Source: Candidatus Zhuqueibacterota bacterium
Lineage (GTDB): Bacteria > Zhuqueibacterota > Zhuqueibacteria > Thermofontimicrobiales > Thermofontimicrobiaceae
NCBI GenBank assembly: GCA_049322915.1
Contig: JBMOPW010000020.1
Span: forward strand, 96,001 to 160,000
Direction of reading: 5' to 3'
Length of the DNA: 64,000 bases
In this document: in pieces, positions 51,700 to 59,687 of the stretch
Position numbering within the stretch: the first letter of the stretch is position 1
Layout: each line of letters opens with the position of its first letter
The notes under the pieces: model-generated
What the model was told of the DNA's origin: nothing
The model's database searches: none
Seen by the model: only the letters and a program-made list of their open reading frames with translations
Program-made: the position numbers and the translations under genes

Positions 51700-51723
51700 A
51701 TCATTTGAAATTGGACATCAAAC

Positions 51724-53283
51724 GTGAATAGTGTGAAACAGAACCATCGGCTCAGGAAAATCATTTTTTATTTCATTGCAGTGGTCGCTCCGTTCGTTGT
51801 CTGGATTGTCGCAGAAATGGCGGCCAATGCCATCACCCAACGATTCGAGCCGCTCAAAGTTGACAAGAAAAAAGGCACGCTGTACATCAATCAGGAGTAT
51901 TTCACCGATTACTTCCTGTACGATCTGGATCGCTATGTTAATACTTCCATCTCCAATCGGGCGATTCACAAGGACAAGAAATATCGTTTCAGAATTTTCT
52001 GCCTCGGCGGCTCGACAACTGCGGGCTATCCTTACAACACTCTGCCGGAGTATAATTGCCCGGCGTCATTCCCGAATTACCTGCGGGCTATTTTGCAGTA
52101 TACTAAAAACATGCCCGAAATCGAGATGCTCAATTTGGGCAGCAATGCATTCAACAGCCTTTCGGTGCTGAAGGTGTTTGAGGACGTCAAAAAATACGAT
52201 CCTGATTTGATCATCGTTTACAGCGGGCATAACGAGTATTTCGGTCCCAACGAATTTGCTCTGTCCAAATCGGCCAACGAACTCTATACGAAGAAATTTT
52301 TCAATCATACTTTCCTGCGGCTGCGACAGACCTACCTGTATCAGGGATTGAAATGGGTTTTAAAAAAAGTGACAAAGCGGGGCGAAGTTGACTATCAGGA
52401 TTATGCGCATTGGAGCCTGGCCAACACGGTGCCGTTCAATGACGCGTTCCACGAACAGGTGAAAACAAATTTCAGGCGCAACCTGACTGAACTGGTGCGA
52501 CTCGCCCGCAAAGAAGGCATTCAGGTGGTGATCTGCACGCCCGTGTCCAATCTGACATTCCCGCCCTTTGTCAGCCAATTCCGCGAAGAGCCGGTGTATG
52601 GGGTCAAAGCCCGATGGGATTCCCTGCGCAACCAGGCAAGCGACCTGTTCGACGCCCGCGACAATGCCGGCGCGCTGGAAAAATGGAGGGAAATGTACCT
52701 GATCGATTCCACTTACGCGGACGTACATTATTATACCGGCATGAATTACGCGCGACTGAATGAATACCGCATCGCCAATGAGGCATTGACCCGCGCCGTG
52801 GATTTGGATAATCTGCCGTTTCGTGCAAATTTAGATATACAAAATATCACCCGCGACGTGGCGAAAAATGAACAAGTCATCCTGGCGGATGTGGATCAGT
52901 TTTTCCGGCAACTCTCCGGCAAATATTATCCGGAGCCGTCGATGCTGCTGGATCATGTGCATCCCACAGAGCCGGGTTATTATTATGTGGCGCTTTTTCT
53001 GGCTCGCACTCTCGTGACTAATGGCGTCTTCCCCGGCGTGAAGGAAATCGAATTTCCCACGCTGGAAAAGACGCGCGAGGCTTTGGAAATTTATGATTTC
53101 GTGGCGTATAAAGTCGAGTTCGATTTCACCAATCAAAGCTATTTGAAACAGCTCAGCGAACTGAATCCGGCCATCAAAATCGTGATCAATCAGATCCGGC
53201 AAAATGCCATCACCCAGGCCAAAGCAGTCGGCAAGAAGTTCTTTGACGAAATGAATGGAAAAGAAAAAGAGGAAACAAAGTAA
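51724..53283 (+). CDS. Membrane-anchored SGNH/GDSL hydrolase-like protein with TPR insert
   Basis: N-terminal TM, GGSTTAG (block I), GHNE (block III), DHVHP (block V) and a TPR-like YADVHYYTG segment. Confidence 0.78.
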   Translation: MNSVKQNHRLRKIIFYFIAVVAPFVVWIVAEMAANAITQRFEPLKVDKKKGTLYINQEYFTDYFLYDLDRYVNTSISNRAIHKDKKYRFRIFCLGGSTTAGYPYNTLPEYNCPASFPNYLRAILQYTKNMPEIEMLNLGSNAFNSLSVLKVFEDVKKYDPDLIIVYSGHNEYFGPNEFALSKSANELYTKKFFNHTFLRLRQTYLYQGLKWVLKKVTKRGEVDYQDYAHWSLANTVPFNDAFHEQVKTNFRRNLTELVRLARKEGIQVVICTPVSNLTFPPFVSQFREEPVYGVKARWDSLRNQASDLFDARDNAGALEKWREMYLIDSTYADVHYYTGMNYARLNEYRIANEALTRAVDLDNLPFRANLDIQNITRDVAKNEQVILADVDQFFRQLSGKYYPEPSMLLDHVHPTEPGYYYVALFLARTLVTNGVFPGVKEIEFPTLEKTREALEIYDFVAYKVEFDFTNQSYLKQLSELNPAIKIVINQIRQNAITQAKAVGKKFFDEMNGKEKEETK

Positions 53284-53285
53284 GC

Positions 53286-56200
53286 ATGCATCCATATATT
53301 ATTTACCTGTTATTTTTTTTTTCAGGGGCGACCGGATTAATTTACCAGCTTGTCTGGGCGCGAAAATTGGCGCTGCTGTTTGGCAATACCACCTACGCGA
53401 CCAGCGCCATTTTGACTGCATTTATGGGCGGTCTCGCCCTGGGCAGCTTTTTGATTGGGCGCTACGCGGATAGAATCAAACGGCCGCTGCGACTTTACGG
53501 GAAATTGGAACTGGGCATTGGCGCAGCGGCGCTGGCCATCCTTTTCCTTCTCATTCCCATTTCCGATGCAGTGTATGTCTGGCTGTTTCATCACATCGGC
53601 AGTAGCCCGCTTGTCATCAATATCTTCCGGTTCATTCTGGCCGTTTTCATCCTCATTATTCCCACAACCCTGATGGGCGGCACACTGCCTGTCATCAGCA
53701 AATATTTCATTCAGAAATCCGAGGAATTCGGCCGGGGCGTGGGACGACTGTACAGCTTCAACACATTCGGGGCGGTGATTGGCGCATTCATCACCGGCTA
53801 TTTTCTGATTGGCGCGTTCGGCGTGCGGACAACGCTGTGGCTGGCCATTGTTTTGAACCTGATCATCGGAGCGGTGGCTCTGTGGCTGGACGGCCGGAAG
53901 CCCCAGCATGTCCCTGAAAAACCGAAGAAATCCGATTCAGCAAAGTCACAACCGGCGCAGCCGACCGGGGACAAACTGAAAATCAGCGCCTACTCCGCGC
54001 CACAAGCCCGACTGATGCTCTGGTTATTTGGCCTAGCCGGCTTTGCTTCACTGGCCTACGAAGTTGTCTGGACGCGGGCATTGATTTTTTTCATCAGTTC
54101 AACGACCTATTCGTTCACTATTATTCTCACCACGTTTCTCGTCGGCATTGCCCTGGGCAGCGCCATCATGGCCAGGCCAACGGATCATTTGAAGCGATTA
54201 TTTTTCTGGTTCGGCGCGTTCGAACTGATCATCGCGATTGCGGCCATTGCCTCCGTGCCTCTGCTCGGGCATCTCAACGCCATTCAAAGCTATCTGGTGC
54301 AGCAGGTACAATCTCAAAACTGGACGCAAATTTCGCTGCTGCTGTTTCTATCCACCTTTCTGATTTTGATCATCCCGACGCTTTTCATGGGCGCTGTATT
54401 TCCCATCGTCAATCGAATTTATGTGGATAATCTGAAAACAGTGGGACAGGGCGTCGGCAAAGTCTATACGGCCAACACCATTGGCGCGATCCTGGGCTCG
54501 TTCATCTCCGGATTCATCCTGCTCCCGGTTTTCGGGATGAACGGCAGTATTCTCGCGCTCGGGCTGATTAATCTGGCCATTGGACTGGTGTCGTTATTCT
54601 CCGAGAGCGCGGGCCGACAGCGAAAACGGGCGACGTTCCTGTATGCCGGAATTCCCGTCCTCGCGTTTGCAGCGATATTGATTATCGGTTTCAGCACGAA
54701 ACCGCTTTTCATCAGCGGCGCCGGTTTCAAAGACACGCGGCTCCTGCATTACAAAGACACGGCTGCGGCGACGGTGAGCGTGCTTGAGAAAAAAGACCAG
54801 GTCAATATTTGGGGCAAAAATGTCCGCTATCTCAATGTCAACGGGCATAACACCGCCCATACCACGTACTCGGACATGATCATTCATAAGCTGCTGGCGC
54901 ATTTGCCGGTGCTGCTCACCCCTGATCCGAGGGAGGTGCTCGTCGTCGGCTTCGGTTTCGGGAACACGTGCAAATCGTTTCTGGAATATGACTTCATCAA
55001 AAAAGTCGACTGCGTCGAATTGGTCGAACACGAGAAAAAAACAGCCGCGTTTTTCGAAGATGAAAATAAGGGCGTTCTGCAGGATGACCGATTCCGCTTC
55101 ATTGTCTCGGACGGACGAAATTATATCCTGGCAGCGGATGCGACCTATGATATCATTTCAATCAATTCCGTGGACCCGAAGTTCAGTCCCACGCTGTATA
55201 CCGAAGAATTTTACCGACTTGTCAGAAAACGGCTGAATGCCAATGGACAGCTCGTCGCGTGGCTTCCGATTTACGGGATGAATCTCGATGAAGTGCGCGC
55301 GCTGGTGAAAAGCTTCATCGACGTATTTCCCGAAGCAGAACTGTGGTACAATAATCCGGAGCACCTGTTGCTGGTTGGCAAAAAAGGCAATTATCCCATC
55401 GACGTGGAATCGCTGAAGCATCGAATGATGAAGCCGCGAATTTGGAAAAGCCTGGAAGAAATTCATCTGAACGACCCGTATACTTTTTTAGCGAATTTCT
55501 TCTGCGGCCGGCAGATGCTGAGTAAATTCGCCGGCGATGTGCAGAGCCACTCCGACAATCACCCGGTTGTCGAATTCAGCCGGATTACATCCAAAGAGAT
55601 GATCCCTGAAGTGTATCGGGAACTGCTGAACTGCCGGGAGACCGTCCTGTTGTACTCCATGAATTTCGATGCGCTGGGTGAAACGGAGACGGTGCGCAAG
55701 CAAATCCTCAATTACGAACGGGAGATGAAAAATCTCATGGCAGCGTTTTTCAACTATCGGCTGTTCGCTGCCCGGCCTGAGGCGCAGGAGACGCTCGTTG
55801 AAATCATCGCGACCATGCAGAAAATCCTCAATGAAGAGCCGGCCAATGACTTTGCGCTGATGCAATACGTCGACCTCCTCAGCCACGGCGACATGGTGGC
55901 GAATCAGCGGTATTTCGATGCGGCCATTGCCATCGCCCCGAATTTCGCCAAGGCCTATGTGCTTTCCGGCCTCGCCCATGCAGCGAAGCAGGAATGGGAC
56001 CTGGCCCTGGCCAGCTACCAGCGCGCGCTCGCAATAAATCCGGCGTATTTTACCGCGAAGAACAATGCCGGTCTGATTTTGATTCAGCAACAGAAATGGG
56101 CTGAAGCGGAACAAATCTATCGCACGCTGCTCCAGGAAAACCCGGACGATAGCTTCGCTCATTCCACCATCGCGCAGGTGTATTACATGCTGGAAAACTA

Positions 56201-56399
56201 CGACGCCGCCATCCTGCACATGAAAATAGCGATTGAAACCCAGCCGGAACAGGCCAATCTCTATTTTAACCTGGGCCGGATGTATCACAAACAGGGACAC
56301 ATTCCGGAAGCGATTCAGGCCATGGAAGAAGGACTGAAGATTTCGCCCTACGATCAGCGCGCCATTCAGTTTCTGGAAGAATTGAAAAGAATGAAATAA
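53286..56399 (+). CDS. Fused MFS-like / spermidine-synthase-like membrane protein with C-terminal TPRs
   Basis: SGATGLIYQLVW and LAYEVVWTR repeats, about 13 TMs, VLVVGFGFG, DGRNYI and TPR tail. Confidence 0.85.
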   Translation: MHPYIIYLLFFFSGATGLIYQLVWARKLALLFGNTTYATSAILTAFMGGLALGSFLIGRYADRIKRPLRLYGKLELGIGAAALAILFLLIPISDAVYVWLFHHIGSSPLVINIFRFILAVFILIIPTTLMGGTLPVISKYFIQKSEEFGRGVGRLYSFNTFGAVIGAFITGYFLIGAFGVRTTLWLAIVLNLIIGAVALWLDGRKPQHVPEKPKKSDSAKSQPAQPTGDKLKISAYSAPQARLMLWLFGLAGFASLAYEVVWTRALIFFISSTTYSFTIILTTFLVGIALGSAIMARPTDHLKRLFFWFGAFELIIAIAAIASVPLLGHLNAIQSYLVQQVQSQNWTQISLLLFLSTFLILIIPTLFMGAVFPIVNRIYVDNLKTVGQGVGKVYTANTIGAILGSFISGFILLPVFGMNGSILALGLINLAIGLVSLFSESAGRQRKRATFLYAGIPVLAFAAILIIGFSTKPLFISGAGFKDTRLLHYKDTAAATVSVLEKKDQVNIWGKNVRYLNVNGHNTAHTTYSDMIIHKLLAHLPVLLTPDPREVLVVGFGFGNTCKSFLEYDFIKKVDCVELVEHEKKTAAFFEDENKGVLQDDRFRFIVSDGRNYILAADATYDIISINSVDPKFSPTLYTEEFYRLVRKRLNANGQLVAWLPIYGMNLDEVRALVKSFIDVFPEAELWYNNPEHLLLVGKKGNYPIDVESLKHRMMKPRIWKSLEEIHLNDPYTFLANFFCGRQMLSKFAGDVQSHSDNHPVVEFSRITSKEMIPEVYRELLNCRETVLLYSMNFDALGETETVRKQILNYEREMKNLMAAFFNYRLFAARPEAQETLVEIIATMQKILNEEPANDFALMQYVDLLSHGDMVANQRYFDAAIAIAPNFAKAYVLSGLAHAAKQEWDLALASYQRALAINPAYFTAKNNAGLILIQQQKWAEAEQIYRTLLQENPDDSFAHSTIAQVYYMLENYDAAILHMKIAIETQPEQANLYFNLGRMYHKQGHIPEAIQAMEEGLKISPYDQRAIQFLEELKRMK

Positions 56400-56441
56400 A
56401 TTTGAGTCGTTTGTACTTGATAAATGTCATCAATAAATTTG

Positions 56442-56473
56442 CCGGGATGTCACCGTCCCGGGTTTGCTTTTTT
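56442..56473 (+). terminator. Probable intrinsic terminator
   Basis: CCGGGATG-TCAC-CGTCCCGG stem followed by GTTTGCTTTTTT. Confidence 0.55.
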
Positions 56474-56600
56474 GTTTTGATGAAATCTGCCATCCCCCCA
56501 AAAATGCGCTGCCTTCGAATTTGAACAGCGCTTGAGCAATCAGATTGTTTTAATGTGATTTAATTCACGAACAAAATATGGCATACTCATGATTTGATGA

Positions 56601-57128
56601 ATGAAAAAATATTCCACATATTCCGATGAGAAGCTCACCAGCGCTGTGAAATCAGCAGATGCTGCTGCATTCAAGGAACTCTATTACCGCTATTACAAGC
56701 CGCTCCATTCCTTTATTTGTCTTCGCACGAATTCGACCGAACTGGCGCCGGATTTCATTCAGGAAGTTTTCACACGCCTGTGGCAAAATCGTGACAAGCT
56801 CATTCCTGAAAACTCTGTGAAAGCCTACCTCTACAAAATCGCTAACAATCTGATCATTGATTTTTTCCGTAAAAAAAATACAGAACGAACTTATCTGGCT
56901 GAAAAATCTTCTGCAACAATCCTGCAAACCGATAATTTGCTCGAATCCGTATCTGACATAAATTTCGCCATTCAAAATCTCCCTGAAAATTGCCGCATCG
57001 TTTTTATGCTGAGCCGCTACCAGAACCTCACATATCTTGAAATTGCCAAAGCGTTGAATATATCCATCAAAACCGTGGAAGCCCGAATGAGCCAGGCGCT
57101 GAAGATTTTACGAACTGAATTGCTATAA
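56601..57128 (+). CDS. ECF sigma-70 factor (FecI-like)
   Basis: AFKELYYRY, DFIQEVFTRLW, YLYKIANN and LPENCR.VF.LSR...LTYLEIA.ALNIS.KTV. Confidence 0.93.
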   Translation: MKKYSTYSDEKLTSAVKSADAAAFKELYYRYYKPLHSFICLRTNSTELAPDFIQEVFTRLWQNRDKLIPENSVKAYLYKIANNLIIDFFRKKNTERTYLAEKSSATILQTDNLLESVSDINFAIQNLPENCRIVFMLSRYQNLTYLEIAKALNISIKTVEARMSQALKILRTELL

Positions 57129-57189
57129 GCAATCGTTGAATCTTCGAGTCCGGACGGGAAAATTTCTTTCACTTTTCAAAAAATATTTA

Positions 57190-57216
57190 TAGGGTTTTCT
57201 TTGGTTCAATCGTATT
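57190..57216 (+). promoter_or_regulatory. Possible ECF-dependent promoter in front of fecR
   Basis: TAGGG-N16-CGTATT between the sigma and anti-sigma genes; ECF-like CGT at -10. Assignment is inference. Confidence 0.35.
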
Positions 57217-57252
57217 ATAAGTGAACAAGATATCAAAGGAAAATGAATTATC

Positions 57253-58278
57253 ATGCAGAACGAAAAATTTCACAACCTCTGTATTAAATCCATTGCCGGC
57301 GAAATTTCATCCGCAGAACAAAAGGAATTGGAACACTGGTTGAACGCTTCAGCGGAAAATCGAAGCGGCTACCAGGAAATTCAACAGATATGGCAAAAGG
57401 CTGAAATCATCTCTATTGCCGGGAATTTACAAATCGATGAACAATGGGAGCGACTCAGTCGTGACCTCGGCTTAATGCACGCGGAGAAGCATCGAAAACT
57501 ATCGCCTGCCAGCTCCGGGATTCGGGTAAGAATGAAACGATTTTTTAAGCCCGGGCTCAGGCCAGCTTACGCTATAGTAGGGGTGGCGATAATCGTGTTG
57601 ATCGCGTTGGTTTCAATCCAAAAACAGGAGGTAATTCCTGTGCTGCAGGAAATTGTAACCAATAATGGAGAGACCACTGAATGCATGTTTTCCGATGGTT
57701 CGACCGTGCGCCTCAACAGCGGCAGTTCAATTCAGTTTTCGAGTGTCTTTTCCGACACGGCTCGGCAGGTATTTTTGAAGGGCGAAGGTTTTTTTGCCAT
57801 TGCAAAAGAAAACCGTCCATTTGTTGTGAATACTGAAAGTGCAAAAACTGTGGTGCTTGGCACGGAATTCAATGTGTGGGCGCGGGGGAGCGAAACCAGG
57901 GTTATTGTAAAAAGCGGAATAGTGCGCTTTTTGTCCTTAAAAAATAAAGAGGATGTCGTTTTACTTGAGAATCAAATGAGTTGCCTGGATGAAAAAGCTG
58001 CGCCGACATCGCCCAAAACAGTGGATGCGGATTTTCTGTTAGGCTGGCTGAAAGGCAGATTGGTATTCGAGCGAACTCCCATACTAGAGATTATCGCTGA
58101 ACTTGAACGTCGATACAATATTTCCATCGTGATGGACAATGTGGATGTGAAAAATGAAACGATCACAGCAAGTTTCGATTCGTCGTCTTTGGAGACTATT
58201 TTTGCTTCACTTTGCCTGACGCTGGGTATTCAATATAAAATTGAACAGGCCCGGGTTACGCTTTTCAAAACATTATAG
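57253..58278 (+). CDS. FecR-family anti-sigma factor
   Basis: N-terminal LEHWLNASAEN, one TM, DGSTVRLNSGS, V.LKGEGFF, VLGTEFNV and WLKGRLVF..TPI.EIIAELERRY. Confidence 0.93.
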   Translation: MQNEKFHNLCIKSIAGEISSAEQKELEHWLNASAENRSGYQEIQQIWQKAEIISIAGNLQIDEQWERLSRDLGLMHAEKHRKLSPASSGIRVRMKRFFKPGLRPAYAIVGVAIIVLIALVSIQKQEVIPVLQEIVTNNGETTECMFSDGSTVRLNSGSSIQFSSVFSDTARQVFLKGEGFFAIAKENRPFVVNTESAKTVVLGTEFNVWARGSETRVIVKSGIVRFLSLKNKEDVVLLENQMSCLDEKAAPTSPKTVDADFLLGWLKGRLVFERTPILEIIAELERRYNISIVMDNVDVKNETITASFDSSSLETIFASLCLTLGIQYKIEQARVTLFKTL

Positions 58279-58327
58279 AATAAAATTATAACGATTGGCA
58301 TCTTGCAGAGTTTTTGGAATCTCACTT

Positions 58328-59470
58328 ATGCAAAAAATGATATCACAATTGATAATCGTTTTATTTCTAATACAATTTGGGTCAAAAGTCGTTCTTGGGC
58401 AAGCGGCAGTGGACTCAGCGCGGGTTACGCTGTATTGTTCAAATCTGCCGTTGAGAACGGTGCTGGAAGAAATCTCCAGGCAATCGCGAACACGTTTTGT
58501 TTTCAACGATAGGTTGGTCGAATCCAAAGAGGTCACCTGCAATATTGAAAACGTAACTGTTGAAGTCGCGATTCACCAGGTACTTAAAAATCTGGACATT
58601 GGCTATCGGATGTTTCCGTGCAGGACTGTTGCCCTGTTTACAAAAATACAGATATCCGGAGTGCTTGTGAAAAAAAAGAAAGAGAATGAAATTTGTGCGC
58701 CCATTCAACCGCCGACGCTTCGGGTGAAAATTAAACCGCATTATCCGCTCAGCGCCCAGAAGGAGGGACTTGAGGGGCGAGTAAAGCTCGATCTTCTCGT
58801 TGACAAAAACGGCAAAGTTGCCAAAGCCAAAGTGACGCGGTCAGCCGGGGCCGCGCTTCTTGATTCTACAGCTGTAGAGTATTCGAAACAATTGAAATTT
58901 TATCCGGCAACTCAAAAAGGCCAACCGACCGATGTATGGTTAACCTGGAACGTAAATTATAAATCCCAACAGACCAGTTTGCTGGAATCGAAATACATTG
59001 ACAGAATTCAAACGCTCCACCGGCTTTCCTGCGAGTACAACGATTCAACACGCAGCAGGATTCTCGATGCCATCGTTTCAACACACAAAGTGTTAATAGA
59101 CTATTTTCTCGAGCGCCCCAATCTCAGTTATAATGAAGTTGTTAAAGAAGTCATTCTGGATGAAATTTACCAAAAATGGAAAGCGTACTGGAATGACTGG
59201 CAACTGCATTTTGTTGTATTCCAGGATTTTCTTTTACGCTATCCGGATTCCAAATTTTCCACTCTCGTAATTGAGGAACTTGTGCATCATTTTGAGCAGG
59301 ATTTGTCTATAATAAAAAAGTCTGCGGGAAATGATGAGGCTCAAAAAAGCAAAATCGAACACCTCGAAAACAGATTGATAGATTTCATGAAAGCAAAATA
59401 TCGACAAACTGATAAGGAATTTATTTCAGATCAGGGAGAGAATGTCAAACTCCCTGATCTCGTTAATTAA
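58328..59470 (+). CDS. Secreted STN domain - TonB C-terminal domain - helical domain protein
   Basis: Signal peptide; STN-like LPLRTVLEEISRQSRTRFVFND..VTCNIENVTVEVAI.QVL; TonB_C PHYP..AQKEGLEGRV.LDLLVDKNGKV...LDSTAV...KFYPATQKGQP. Confidence 0.8.
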   Translation: MQKMISQLIIVLFLIQFGSKVVLGQAAVDSARVTLYCSNLPLRTVLEEISRQSRTRFVFNDRLVESKEVTCNIENVTVEVAIHQVLKNLDIGYRMFPCRTVALFTKIQISGVLVKKKKENEICAPIQPPTLRVKIKPHYPLSAQKEGLEGRVKLDLLVDKNGKVAKAKVTRSAGAALLDSTAVEYSKQLKFYPATQKGQPTDVWLTWNVNYKSQQTSLLESKYIDRIQTLHRLSCEYNDSTRSRILDAIVSTHKVLIDYFLERPNLSYNEVVKEVILDEIYQKWKAYWNDWQLHFVVFQDFLLRYPDSKFSTLVIEELVHHFEQDLSIIKKSAGNDEAQKSKIEHLENRLIDFMKAKYRQTDKEFISDQGENVKLPDLVN

Positions 59471-59525
59471 ATTTTTTCGAATTCATGTGAGTGAAGATGT
59501 GTTATGTCAGCCAGTGGTTTAGTAG

Positions 59526-59635
59526 AAATATAAATGACAAGCTAAAATTTCAGCACCTATGTGGACGGTCGCGACCGTCCACTACAGATATAACAAAATA
59601 TCGAATATAGTGCACATGTTTTCAACTCGTCATTC
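59526..59635. repeat. Dispersed MITE/REP-like element, copy 2 (internally deleted)
   Basis: 59561-59635 matches 5001-5075 at 65/75 positions ungapped (hand count). The left part matches 4944-4978, and about 22 bp present in copy 1 are missing. Confidence 0.85.
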
Positions 59636-59687
59636 TTATTAACAATTCCTATAATTCTATCCTGCGTATAAAATTATCGGAGGTGTA

